A stretch of 64,000 bases of DNA from Lama guanicoe (Eukaryota), in assembly GCA_013239625.1 (NCBI GenBank), contig MU053561.1:4155992-4219991 (forward strand), in the 5' to 3' direction. Position numbers and translations under genes: made by a program. A model generated the notes under the pieces. It saw only the letters and a program-made list of their open reading frames with translations. It was not told the DNA's origin and made no database searches. Positions 36,035 to 49,249 of this stretch are shown here, piece by piece (the first letter of the stretch is position 1; every line of letters begins with the position of its first letter).

Positions 36035-36185
36035 GATCAGATGTTTACTACAGATTCTGAAGGAAAGGCAGGAGGATCATTAAGGAGAAGTTGGATTCCT
36101 GTAAGGTTTTTCTAGGAAATAAACTTAGCACTGTGTGGGGGGTGGACTATATAGGAGGTTTAGGAAACAGGAAGCAGAAGAAGGA

Positions 36186-36227
36186 GCCACCAGATGGCAC
36201 CTCATAGCAGGTCACACGTCACGTGAC
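36186..36227 (+). promoter_or_regulatory. CTCF-like motif next to a palindromic E-box (CLEAR/USF type)
   Basis: GCCACCAGATGGCACC at 36186-36201; GTCACGTGAC at 36218-36227. Confidence 0.55.
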
Positions 36228-38464
36228 CCTCCCCCAGGCTTCAGTCTCTGACTCATTGTAGCGTTCAGAGAGATAAGGTAACCATAAATAAATAAGTTAC
36301 CAAGCATAATGAGAGGTGGCAGAGGAAACTGAGAAGGAATTTATTCATTCCACCAATAATTGTGTATAAACATGTTCATCTGACTCTGACATGCTCCTCT
36401 GCTTTGGAGGATGAAGGAAGAAATAAGTGTTACCTATAGATGAGATTCCGGGTGTGCAGAGCAAGAGGAAAGTAAGTCATGGGATCTGCTGACAGACTTG
36501 TAGGCAGGAAGCACCCAAGATGGGCCAGTGCCACTTCTCCTGCTCCTGGAGACCTATCTGTTGGAACGACATTATGGTTTCCTTCCTGGACAAGCAAGGT
36601 TTGCTCAAAATATGCCAATCCAATGCATAATTTCTCACAGGAAGAACATTTCAAATGTGGTTGCAGTATCTCAAGAAGATATTGCAAAAGGACTGAAGAT
36701 GAAAATTGCACAACAGGTGGACCCTGGGTTGGAACGGGAAGCCTTGGCTTGCCTTCGTGCTGTTTTGCCTCATTGGAGTAGAGCTCAAGGTTCTTGTACA
36801 GTTTTGAGGCATCGGTCTGACAGTTTCTGAAAGTCTCGTTTTTTCCACTCTTCACAGAAGATGTCTTCCATTGCATTAGATGGAAACTTTTGGGTGCAAA
36901 AAGAGTGGCACTGATTCCAGGGAAAGGAGCTCAGAGATGAAACTCAGATGTGTAACGAGTCAAGTCTTCAAAACACCACTGCCAAAACCCAGAGATGTCT
37001 TTTTAGCAGAAAGGTGGTAGGAAAGATTGTGGCCACTTCCAGCAGTACGGGTCGCTTCCATGTGAAGCAAGCTGCTGAATTTACAATAAGAACTTGAGCA
37101 AATACAGGAGCACGTGAGGGACAAGCAGCACACGTTCCTTAAAGAGGAAACTCTTGCTGCTAATGCACTACGATCATTTGCTTACTGGTGGCTCCAGCTC
37201 AGATCTCTTTTTCCAGTTTAATCCACTTGCTACCAGCTTGCAGACTGGTCTTTCTATTGAATCACCACCCTAGTGTGCCGACCCTCCTTAATCATTCTAA
37301 ACTTCTTAGCCGAATTTTCCCGATTTTTAGTTATTTCCATATTTCCTTGATAATTTTGTCATTTCTCTGCACCATCCATATTATTACTTCCTGAACATTG
37401 ATTAAAGTGTCTCATTTACTTTGCCTCACTGTAAGCAATACTATCATTATTGTTGAAATATTTTCAATGTACATTAATCTAAACGCCTAACTTTAAGCAT
37501 CCATCGCATACCACCAGAAATCATCTCGTGTGTCCCCAGGCGGCACTGCTCTTTGGGAAACGTGATTCAAGGCCTGTCTGTGGCTCCTACCAAGCACCCT
37601 TAATAAGCCCTGCACTCAGGCCAAAGTGAGCAATTCACCATTCCCCACACACGCAGCCCGCCCCCGTGTTTGTCTGCCTCTCAAATCATACTAATCATCC
37701 ACGACCCAGGCCTCCAGTGCCCCCCAGCCTGAAGGAGTTTTGCCTCTGTGAACTCTCACTGCACTTGGAGCACTGGTGACTTCTCACTTTGGGTTCAGTG
37801 TAGATCTCCTTGAAATAGGAGGTTTGCATAGATTCCTTCTCCTCTTTCAGAACGTCAGCAGGGTTCCTGAGACCAGAGGCCATTATCTGGTCATTTGGCA
37901 GAGTTAACACTTATTGAATGAATGTATCCCCTCACTATCCAGTCCTCTTTTGGGTAAAACACAATTCCAATGTCATTCTCCTGCTTCCTATGAAATAAAG
38001 TTCCAATAACTTAGCAGACATAAAGAGACAAGGTCCTTTACAACTTGGCCCCAAATGTCATTTTATCCAGTGCACTATCTCCCCTCTCCCAGCCACCACC
38101 CCTCCCCAACAACACACTCTGTCTCTAGCTACACCCAACTCCTTGCTATCTCTTTGGCTAGTCTCCCTTCCAGTATTAAACATACTCCTACTCTGTTTAT
38201 CAAACTCCAACTCAGTCCTTAAGTGTTAGCTAAAATGGCATTTCTCCCTTGAAGCCTTTCCCAGCTCTCCTAGGTCCCTCCTCTCTATTCTTGTCATTCT
38301 ATACATTTTTTTTATTGAAGCACTTGTCACTGATATTATAATTTCACATTTAAATGACTGTTGCTCCCATTAGCCCATAAGCTCCCATAAGCAAGGATCT
38401 TATTCAATATCCCCAGTGCCTAGCGCAGTGCCTGGCACATAGTCAGTACTCAGTACTTGGAGAG

Positions 38465-38700
38465 TGACCAATGCAGGGATAAGAAAGTAGGCTCTCTAGT
38501 CAGACCTCTGGGATCTGAACCCAAGCATTGTCACTGCTTCCCTGCTTAGGCAGGTTACTTAACTCTTCCATGCCTCAGTTTCCTCATCTTTAAAATGGTA
38601 ATAACTCATAGAGTTGTTCTGAGGATTAAATGAGTTAAAAACTATAATGAGCTTAGAACAGAGCTCTGCATATTAAATGCTCAATAAAGTCTGTTATTTA
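38465..38700 (+). mobile_element. MIR SINE
   Basis: ggcaggttacttaactcttccatgcctcagtttcctcatctttaaaatgg...gaggattaaatgag...tgctcaataaa. Confidence 0.8.
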
Positions 38701-38904
38701 CATTATTCCCATCAAAGGCTCTGTGACCAGACGATCTCATGTAATGCTTCCATAACTGACTTGGATATGGAATGCCCCATGAATTCTCCACGTTTTTAAA
38801 TGACAGCAAATTGTTGCTGCTAAACTCCTAAAAGGTCTTTAGAAGTTGGATGAAGAAGAGAGAATATGGCCAAGTGGTGAGTTCATGAGGATGGAAGCAT
38901 TTCA

Positions 38905-39305
38905 ATATACATTATTCCAGATGTGTCATGAAGGAGTTTCTGTATGTGATTAACATTTAAATTGGTAGACTGAGTAAAGCAGATTGCCCTCCCTAATGTG
39001 GGTGGGCCTCACCCAATCAGTTGAAGACCTGAATAGAACAAAAAGGCTGAGTAAGAGGAAACTCTTCCTGCCTGCCTTCCTTGAACTGGGATTTTGGTCT
39101 TTTTCTGCCCTCTGTCTCCAACTGAAAAATCAGATCTTCTTGGATCTTGAGTCTGCCAGCTTTTGGACTGGACCTATATCATTGGCTCTCCTGGGTCTCC
39201 AGCATCTTTCAACTTCTCAGCCTTCATAATCATGTGAGCCAGTTCATTATAATATGGATACACATACATCCTATTGGTCCTGTTTCTCTAGATAATCCTG
39301 ACTAT
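38905..39305 (+). mobile_element. ERVL MLT2-type solo LTR
   Basis: gactgagtaaagcagattgccctccctaatgtgggtgggcctcacccaatcagttgaagacctgaatagaacaaaaagg...cctattggtcctgtttctctaga. Confidence 0.85.
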
Positions 39306-42300
39306 GAAGACAATCTTGCCCCTTGCTTTAGAATGTAAACATCCTTAAGTACTTTCGACTTTGCCTTCAGTCTTTTGGGGCCTCTCTTGAAACTTAGAAA
39401 CAAAAAGAAAAGTCACATTAGAATAATGCCAGATTATTTATTCTGTAATTTTTGATTAATTAATTTCCTAATACAGATGATTCAAATGGGGATCATCTAT
39501 AAGACAAAATAAATATTCAGACTTAGAACTTACACCTGGGTTATATTCTTCCTCCTTGCTCCAAACCCCTATAATAGTGAAAACAAACATGAGGAGGTTA
39601 TTCCCGTAGGGGCCTATGGAAACAATCAATCACCCTTTGAGTTTGCTCCATGATCCTGTTTCATAGTCCCTTCTCTTGCCTCATACATGCCTGCACAAGC
39701 AGGTATACACTCCTTCCTCTTACCAGAAGTACGAAAATAATGAAAGGAAGCCATAGCTGCCTGAATGCTGCTGGGAAAACATTGTGAGAGGAGAGCTCAG
39801 CAACCTGTGACCATGGAGATGGTTTGTAATCAGCAAACCAAAGCCCTCGCCTTCCTTCCTTCTCTGGGCATCCAAGAAATGGTTGGTTTAGAAACCCTGA
39901 GCCCACAGACTATTTTCCAGCAACAACTGCATAGCAACAGGATTAATATGCTACAAACCCAGCAGTCAAAACACTGCTCATGTTCTGCTTATCAAAACCA
40001 AAGTCACGACAACAGGCACACCAGGCTTCTTTTTAACTAGCACTAGGGCAGACTTGATGTCCTGAACTACCTTCTCCATTGAAACTAAAACACGGGAGAA
40101 AATGTACAAGCCTCTTTTTAAAAGCACATCGCTTAGCTGGCACAAAAGGAAGGGCATTGACAAAGGCCAAAATGAAGTGAAAGCAAGAACCTGGGGAAGG
40201 AAGCAGGTACCAAGGCCACTTTTGGCCCCAAGTCTCTTTTTCAACAGCTGCAAAGGCTTAGGGTTCATGAAGTAAAGCCTGAAATCCCACTAAAGTAAGG
40301 AGTCTATTAGGTGACCCTCCCCAAACCTGGTGCCCCCTCCTTAGAGCTAAACCCTCAAGGCAGGAGCAGACAGGAAATAACCCATCATGCAAAAGGAGAT
40401 GTCCATATTTTGATCAGGGCAAGTGGGGGGCATCTCCCCTGGGAACTTGTAAAGCCAGTCTTTAAATGCACCTATTGTCTGAATTAATACTCTGTGTTAG
40501 TGCCTTGAGGTAACTCGCAGAAGTCAAAGCATACCCTCTCCGGAGGAACAAAACCTCCACTGAGGACTCAAAGAATCTCCATAATTTTCCAAGGAAAAAG
40601 AAAGAAGTCACACAACACACAAGGAAACAAGACAATAAAATCCAAGCAGAAAATTCCACTGACAGCAAAATCAGATCACAGTGAGTTCAAATACTGTCAT
40701 TATGAGATACAGAACACAAAATCTTTCTACAACTCAGCCTTGCCTATTTCCTCCTGTCACCAATTGTAAGCCCTCACCAGTGCTCTGGCTCTCAGCCCCT
40801 TTCTGTTTCTTCCCAGATTTCTGCCCTTGCTTTTCTTCTTGTTCAATCTTTCTTTCTCCATAATTAATTTACTCACGGAGTAAGAACACATCCAGATCTT
40901 TCCCATTAAGGAAGGAAGGAAAGAAAAAAGAAAACTTGCTTCCCCCTCGCCTTGCTCCGCCCCTCTTTTAGCTAAGCTTCGAGAGAGAGCCATCATTGTG
41001 AGTTCCCCACTGCCCATTCACTCCTAAACTGGCTTCGGCACACCCCCGCAACACTATTCTAAAAAAGCTCTTACCCCGGTTGTCAACATCTTAAGTGACC
41101 ATAATGCCAATTCCAGTGAACCATCATCTCATCTGTCATTGCTGAGATATTTGCACCGTGGCCATTCCCTCCTCTCAGAAACTCTTTCCTCACTTGGCCT
41201 CTAGGACATCACTTTCTTCTGATTTGTTTCTTACCTCCCTGGCTATTTCTTCCCAGTCTCCTTTGGCTGTTGTATCTCTGCCCACTTCCTAAAATGCTGT
41301 TGCTGTAAAGTTTCTGTTCTCAACACTTTCCACATCCTCCCTGGTCATATTATCCATTCTTAGGGCTGAATGCAGCCTTCTATGTCTGGGGCATGCATAT
41401 CCTGGCAAGGTAAGAAATCTTTCCAGAGGGTACTCCAGCGTGAATAGTTTCAAAAGAATCAATTTCCAGATCCTCAATTTCCACATGTACTCCTTCCTCA
41501 AATCAGTCTGCCTGAGAATATGCCTGTGATCAAGGTGTCTTCCCTCACAAGCTACCTCTCCCTCATCCTAAATTCAGTTATAGTACATTTCTCCAGAGTT
41601 CATAGAAAAATCTCTGGGCCAGCAACTTGAAAATTTTCTGTAGGTACTGAGACCACTTACAATGACCTTAATATAGCGAATGACTTTAATATGGGTAATA
41701 AATGCTCTTGTAATTATGCATTCAATAAAGTTGAAAAAAGACAAAATAAAGTTGTCAGCTGATTGATCATTGGAAATAGTTTTTGATGCTAGAATAACAT
41801 GGGAATTGGGATATATAATTCAGAAGGGGTTTAAAGAATTGATTGGCATTGACAACTCCTTCCATCCTCATCTACTTATTTGTATAAACAAAGTTTCTGA
41901 GCATTAATATCAAAACAATAGAAAATATTGAGGGAATTTATGCTAAGCCCTGTGTTGTTCTAGCAATAAGGAATATTCATTCATGGATACATAAACTAGT
42001 AGAAAAAAAATCCCAACCCCACCAATCTCCTTAAGAGATACATTTCCAGTAATATTTTACTTTTATGTTTAACAGTTGCTTATTTAAACTATATTTAATA
42101 GTTTAATCAATTGCGTACTAGGAATAATTTTAACGATAATTTAATCTAGAAGAAATTAATTAACAGCCTATGGTCTCAGGAGGAAAATTTAATTTCTTTT
42201 AATAAATATATAACAATGTTTGTTCAGATAACTATAAAAGGACATTCAGGAAAAATCATTTGATCATAAAAATGCATTACTTCAGGATTACATTTCATGG

Positions 42301-42361
42301 AAAAAGTGAAATGGAAATATAAGTTCAAGGAGAAAAAAGAAAGATGTAAAACTTCCACCAT

Positions 42362-43110
42362 ATGCAGCCATTATGAAAAACAGTATGGAGGTTCTTTAAA
42401 AAATTAAAAATAGAACTACCATATGATCCAGCAATCCCACTCCTGGGCATATATCTGCAAAAGATGGAAACTTTAATTTGAAAAGATACATACAAGCCAA
42501 TGTTCACAGCAGTGCTATATACAACAGGGAAGACATGGAAACAAGCTAAGTGTCCACTATGGATGAATGGATAACGAAGATGTAGTGTGTGTGTGTGTGT
42601 GTGTGTATACACACACATACACATATATATATACTGCACACACAATGGAATATTACTCAGCCATAAAAATAATAAAATATTGCCATTTACAATGACATAG
42701 ATGGACCTAGAGATTATCATACTAAGTTAAGTAAGTCAACAGAGAAAGAGAAATATAAGATGATATCACTTATATGTGGAATCTAAAAAAATGACACAAA
42801 TGAACTTATTTCCAAAACAGAGACATACTCACAGACATAGAAAGCAAACTAATGGTTACCAAAGGGGAAGAGGAGTGGGGGGGAGGAATAAATTAGTAAT
42901 TTGGATCACAGACACAAAAACTGCTATATACAAAACAGATAAGCAGCAAGGATTTACCATATAACACAGGGAACAATATTCAATACCTTCAATAACCTAT
43001 AATGAAAAATAATTTGAAAAAAATAATATATATATATATATAACTGAATCACTTTGATGTACACCTGAAACTAACACAATATTATAAATCAACTATATAG
43101 CAATTACAAA
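42362..43110 (+). mobile_element. 5'-truncated lineage-specific LINE-1
   Basis: ORF2 3' end and 3'UTR (aaaatagaactaccatatgatccagcaatcccactcctggg...); perfect 14-bp TSD aaaacttccaccat at 42348-42361 and 43111-43124. Confidence 0.92.
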
Positions 43111-43772
43111 AAAACTTCCACCATGTTAAAGAGGAGCTTGGTCATGCATTTTTAATAGATGATAAGTATATACAAATAACAAATCATTGTGTTGTACGTT
43201 TAAAATTAACATAATGTATGTCAGTTATACCTCAAATCAGAATTTATTTTTAATTAAGTTTCTCATCAGTGAGAAATGTTTAAACATTGAAGAGATCATC
43301 ATCTACAAGTCTTGATCAAAAATTTCATGCAGTCATTTCAAGCATCAAACCTGGTAAACAAAAAAAAGATTAACTGTAGGTAGCAGATCATACTGACATT
43401 TTGTTTCTATTGAACGCATTTAAATGAGAGATGTGACCATTTTCTTTTAAAATGTCAATATTTAAAACAAATCAGAAATGACATGTTTTGCATATACTCA
43501 AACTTATAATAAATAATTTTACATATCAACTTAACAATGTGTGAGGGTAAATACTGTATAATTCCATTTATATAACATTATAGAACAGGAAAAACTAATC
43601 TATAGTGAAAAAGATCAAAACCATAGTTATCTCTAGAAGGAGTGGGGCCATGGATGAACTGGGAAAGGGTACAAGGGGACTTTCTAGTGGTGATAATAAT
43701 GTCCTATACCTCGACAGGGTTTGGAGTTAGAAAGGCAAAAGCATTTGTCAAAAATCATCAAATGGTATACTT

Positions 43773-43885
43773 GGTAGGGGAGGTAATTCGTTGTTTTTTG
43801 TTTTTTACTGGAGGTACTTGGGATTGAATCCAGGCCCTCATGCATACTAAGCAAGTGCTCTACCACTGAGCTATACCCTCCTCAG
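43773..43885 (-). mobile_element. Camelid Vic-1-like SINE
   Basis: Minus strand: gaggagggtatagctcagtggtagagcacttgcttagtatgcatgagggcctggattcaatcccaagtacctcc...aattacctcccctacc; 15-bp TSD tcaaatggtatactt at 43758-43772 and 43886-43900. Confidence 0.9.
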
Positions 43886-46679
43886 TCAAATGGTATACTT
43901 AAAATATGAGCATTTCATTGAGATAAATTTTGTCTAAAAAAGGAGAAAAACTGTAAACAAATATTTGAATTCTAGTTGATGTTATGCATTCTGAAGAATT
44001 AAAGAGTGAAATTCATTAATGTCTAAAATTTACCTGTAAATGGATAAAAAATAAAATAGATTGACAAATGGGCAGATGTAGACATAAGTAATGTAACTAA
44101 AACAAAGTGTTTATAGTAGAATTCAAGTGATGAATATGTGGTGTTCACTGCTCGATTATTCAACTTTTTTGTATGCTTGAAAATATTCATAATAAAATAC
44201 TGGAAGAAATGTGCAAGGGAGAATATATTTTGTCATAATTATTTCAGGGAATGTGTAGACAAAAGTTTGGAGACCATTGGTTTCTATTATTAACATTTGC
44301 TGATGGATCTTTAACCTAAACTTAGAATCCAAATCTCTCACCAGAATCCCAATTATATTTTCATCTGTCTCCCAGACCACTTCATCTGGATTTCCCATCA
44401 GATCTAAAACTCATCAGACCCAAGTATGAATTTATTGTCTTCCTGTGTCATTTAGAAATATCATCAGCTACAAGTAACAGAAAATGAAGGATATTTTTCT
44501 TACATAACAAGAAATCCGGAGGTAAGTGGCTGCTGGTGTTGGTTCAACAGTTCAACAATCTCCTGGCTGGAAGGCCCGCAATTCTCTTGGCCTTTCCTTA
44601 TAGTCACAGAATGTTCTACAGCTCCAGGCATTATGTCTGGGTTCAAGACGGGAAAAAAGGGAAGGGAGCAATGCCAGAGACAACTGAACCTTTTATCATG
44701 ACAATTTCAGGTTTTCCAGAAACCTACCAACAGACTTCCAATAAATCCCATTAATCAGAACTGTGTCATACAGCCACCTCTAGGTGCAAGAAACCAGGAA
44801 GCAAGTATTTAGCTTTCCTATTCTCTAAATTGGATGTAGGATTGGATGATAGGTGAGCCCACCCACAATATCTGTAACATTCTCCTCCAAACCTACTGCA
44901 CCCTCTATAAGTCCTATCTCTCTTAATGGTTCCCTGATCTGCCTAGTTCCTTACCCCAGTAAGAAACCCAGGAGTCATCCTTTCCTCCCTTTCCCCCTCT
45001 ATTTCTTACATCTGATCTGTCTTAATCTTGCAGCAAGTCTTGGAACATCTCTCAAATCTGAGCCTCCTTCCTATACCCACTGCCATCATCTTGGTTTAGG
45101 TTCTCATTTCTTACTTGAACTGCTATAATAGTCTCTTAATTAGTTTCAAGTCTTAACTTCAAACCAACCTCCATGCAGCCCCAATTTGACTAAAAATAGA
45201 AATCTAACCATCTTATCCCTTGCTTAGATCCTGTCTCTGGCTTTGCATAACATCTAGGTTAAAGGCTAACTTCCTTATCATTTCATTTAATGTAGTCTCC
45301 TACCTTCATATAATAATGTACTCCTGAACACATGTTATCAGTTAGGATGCTCTAGTCTGTCAAGGGTCAGTTTCTCTAAGACACAACTTTGGTGGAGGTG
45401 GGCGGCTGGGGAAGTCTACACTCAAAATCTGTGTCTGTTATGTTAGGCAGGCAACCCTCTGTCTCTAACAAATGTGTGCTAAAATTGTGGTATGAAAGAA
45501 CATAGATTTATATGCTATAACAGAGGTTCTGTTCCCAGAGAGTACAGAATATATAGTCACTAAGTGTATTTTGTCTTAGAGACATAATTCAACAGTATGT
45601 TTAAAGTATATCATTGTTGTTCATTCAGTTCAGAGATTTACTGAATGCCTACTATGTATCAGACTCTATTCTATAATTTAGTTCTTTTCTAATAGGTCAG
45701 AGATGACAATAAGTGTTTGACTAAAGCTAAGGATTTGCCTCTTTCTGCATACCTAATGATTTCCATCTCTGCTTCTATTTTACTATTTGGGGCTTATGCT
45801 TATAACCAGAATCCATACTTTCAATTTTCTGTCTTCATTTTTATAAATAAAATTCACAAGGTATACAAACAAATGTCCAAAGACACAGATGTCATCCAAA
45901 GACGACAACATGGTAGAAACTGCCTGGTTGACTGATAGAGTACAACACAGTGGTACCTAGCCCTTATAGAGTACTTACTCTGTGCCAGGCACTGTTCAAG
46001 GTACTTTACAGCTATTAACTCATGGACCTTCACAACTGCATGAAGTACGTACTGTCATCTCCATGTTGCACATGCGGAAATGAGGCCTCAGGATAGTTTC
46101 GCGCTTTGGTCAGCTGACTGAAAGCTGTGCCCCAGCACCATCCCGACTCACCTCCCTCTGCTCCACTCAGGCTACAGCAGTTCTCATGGTCCCTCCAGGA
46201 GGCCTTGTTCTCTCCAGCCCTGTGCTTTTGCACATGCTGCCCCTTCTGCTCTTCCTCTCTGCTCAGACTCATTCAGGACCAGCTCAGGCCCACTCTCCTC
46301 AGCAAGGCCTTCCCTGCCCAATGCCTGGGGCCAGCGGCTGCTGACCCGCACCCTGCCCAACCTCCTCACCTTGCTCTAATTATTTGCTTACAGATTTGTC
46401 TCTACCACCATAGACAGTGCTGCCAGGCCTATGATAGGTACTGATGATTTTGCTGAATTAATGCATAGGCTCCCCGGATTTTACACTTTCTCGTCGCCCC
46501 CATACTGTCTGGCACCACATATTGCAGACACTTAGTCAACAGGAGTGGGAGCCTAGTTTCCCCGCCAGCAGCCTAACGTAATAAAATAAAGCAAAACAAA
46601 ACCTGCCCCCCTTTCTCCTATCTCAACATCACAACAATGCCCAAGGAATTGGATTCCTTTCCAAGCCCTCCCATCAGCG

Positions 46680-47960
46680 GAATCCAGCAGGACCCGGGGA
46701 TCCGCTGGCCAGGAGGAGCAGGGTGAGGATCAGCCTTCTGGGTGTTTGGGAAGCGGCATCTCTCGCCTTCTCCCAGTTCTTGCCTATTAAGGTAACAGTT
46801 CTCAGAGGAGCGCGGGAGGGGCAGAGGGAGGGTCCCCTAGAAGCGGCTTCCGCGGCCTATACGCTCACAGGTCGCTGGGGAACCACAGCGCATTCCGGGA
46901 CCAGGTGCCCCCAGCCGGGTGCCCTGCAACGGGTACTGCCAGCTTCAGGGCGGCCTTGAGTCCTACTTATCTCTTCTACTGGAGGCCACCTTCTGAGGTT
47001 TCCATAGTCACCGGGGGCGCATCCTTATTTCAATCATCACCGCAGGCCTCAAATGAGTCTCTGCACAGAGAGCTGATAAAATGGGTCTCGGGTCCCCAGT
47101 GGACGCTCCTTCCTCGCAGATGCTCCGATAACCACCACGAGGGGGGCGTCTACAGGGCGCGTCGCCCTGCCTGGAGAGGGAAGGAGGCGGTCCCCGTTCC
47201 GGGGGGAGAGCACGGGTACGTGCTCCCTCTGGCCGCTCGACCCCCACCCCGCAGCTCCCCAACCCCTGGCCGGCTTTTAGGCACCGGGTCCTCGCTGGCC
47301 CGCTCTCACCGGGTGCAGGCTCCCGCCCCACCCGCCCCCAGCAGGCCCCGCCCACGGCCCCTCGCGCTCCGCCCCCTCCCCGCCGGCTCTCTCAGCTCCG
47401 GGCGCTCGGAGCCCGGGCCCGGGGACTCGGAATCCCGCCGCCGCGGCCGCAGCATGGGGCGCTTCCGCGGGGGCCTGCGGTGCATCAAGTACCTGCTGCT
47501 CGGCTTCAACCTGCTCTTCTGGGTGAGACCCGGAACCGAAAGGGCGGGCAGCGGAGGGGGCCGGGCGGGGGCGCAGGGCCGGGGTCCTCGGGGAGCCGAC
47601 CGCTGCGGTGTCGGAGCCGGGCTCCAGAAGGCAGGGAGTTCAAAAAGGCGGAGGTGAGAAAAAGGCAGACAAAGGGCGGGGAGGGGGTGGGATACAGGGG
47701 GAGAGGACGGACTGAGAGAGCAACGAGAAATGGTGAGAAGGGGGAGACCCTGTGCGGCTCTTCCCGCCGAGAAACCTCTCTGCCTCGGTTTTCATCTCCC
47801 TGCTGGTGACTCCAGGTGCAGGGACACCAGCTTCTCGTCACCTCTGGCCCCCCCATGCACACACCCCCTACTCGCGCCGCCTTTCCCCTGGAACCGGGGC
47901 CTGGCCAGGGCACCGGGACTGCCAGAAGTGGTGCCCCATCCCGAGTGTGGAGACAGCACC
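46680..47960 (+). promoter_or_regulatory. TSPAN2 CpG-island promoter with Sp/KLF GC boxes
   Basis: High GC and CpG density around exon 1; clustered CCCGCCC/CCGCCCC motifs at ~47320-47385; no obvious TATA box. Confidence 0.9.
47454..47522 (+). CDS. TSPAN2: Tetraspanin-2, coding exon 1
   Basis: agcATGG Kozak context; MGRFRGGLRCIKYLLLGFNLLFW (69 nt); GTGAGA donor at 47523, phase 0. Confidence 0.96.
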
Positions 47961-49014
47961 TGGCCGTGGTGGGCTTGTGTAGGAAATTGGGGGTAGGGGT
48001 GAAATGCTATTGGAGAGTCGTCTTTTTTCTGGGTAGTAGGGGAGGGTACTACTGGATGAAAGGAGGTGGTGGTGCTCTTCTGTGAGGAAATGGGCGGAAG
48101 GGAGGGGCTTCAAGGGGCAGCCGCGTCGCCCCACAACCCCCAGCTTGCAGCCTCTGCTAAATACTAATGCTTCCAGAGATGATCTCATTCAACTTTGCAT
48201 TGAATGAGCAACATTCCCGGGATCAGTGGTTCACCACAGACAGATAGGGCCATGACCCTTGTCTCCTATATTACTGGGACAAGATTAGGGCTAGACGATC
48301 CCTAGATCCCTGGATACTCTGTCTCAGGCCCTGCAGGACTAGGGAACAAGGTCTGAAAATTGTCTTGTCCGCACATTCCCTCTTGGGCTTCCTCAAGAGC
48401 ATGTCAGCCACTGTAACTGTTCAGATAGATCCTGAAGGAAAGTACAGATCTTTCTGTGGGTGAAGAGGTTCTTAGAACTGGGAGGAAGCAGCAGGGGGCT
48501 GGGTGGTTTGAAACAACTAGGATAGAGAAGGGTAGTTGCCCTATCTGCTCTGGGGAGTTTGTCTTCCTGTGACTTCAACTAATTAATAATTGAAGGACTG
48601 TCTCTGCTTATGTCCGCCAACCCATTAGCCCAGAAGCCTGGGTGACTCCAGCAATTCCAATCTGTCAGAGGCCAAGTTGCCATCTTTAGCATCCTTCAGC
48701 AAGGGAAGGTGGGAAGTAGGTATCCTGTAGACAGCCCTGAATTTTAAAAATACACAGGCTTTTGTATACTTGGGTATTTACATCCAGCATTTTATGAGGA
48801 GGGGCATTTCTAAAGGCCCTTTCTGTTGTGCTTTTTAATAGTCTGGCTTAATTTCAAAAGCTGTTAATTATAGATGTTGTGCTTCAGTGACACTCTTCAC
48901 TCTCACTGCTTACAAATTCAAAAGAGGTTTTATATCAGTCTGAGAAGGAATTCTTAGGCTGGGTTCTGTGCTTATTTAGTGCCTGATGTTGTGCCAGCCT
49001 TTCCAGGGATAATA

Positions 49015-49240
49015 GGCAGCATTTATTGAGCATTTTCAACGTGTCAGGAACAGTGCTAAGCACATTGCATTCATTATGAACTTAATTCTCACAACAATCC
49101 TGATGTGCATACTATTATTGTCCCTGTTTTGTCAGATAAGGAAACAGGCTCAAACAGGTCTAGTTGCCCAAGGGTCACACAGCTGATGAGTAGCAGAGAT
49201 GGGATTCAAACTCAGTCTTCATGCTTCTAAGCATCGTGGT
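49015..49240 (-). mobile_element. MIR SINE
   Basis: catttattgagcatt...ctcacaacaatcct...cagataaggaaacaggctca...ggtcacacagct...gggattcaaactcag. Confidence 0.8.
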
Positions 49241-49249
49241 ACATTTAAC

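Larger units (their letters stand above)
41540..44279 (+). mobile_element. Charlie1-like hAT DNA transposon remnant, interrupted by younger insertions
   Basis: tgctaagccctgtgttgttctagcaataaggaatattcattcatggatacataaacta...taagagatacatttcca; terminal-like caaaagtttggagaccattg ending at ~44279. Left boundary uncertain. Confidence 0.65.

Noticed and set aside
36610..36675. Minus-strand peptide DTATTFEMFFL*EIMHWI loosely resembles a bornavirus nucleoprotein segment (as recalled: ETATLLQMFNPHEAIDWI)
   Set aside because: Only ~18 residues, with stops; the flanks do not align convincingly, so it is most likely chance. A TBLASTN with bornaviral N proteins would settle it.
46905..47657. 250-aa ORF in frame with TSPAN2 exon 1, suggesting an N-terminal extension
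   Set aside because: It starts at GTG with no upstream in-frame ATG, crosses the promoter and reads into intron 1. Long open frames are expected in GC-rich islands, and tetraspanins have short N-termini.
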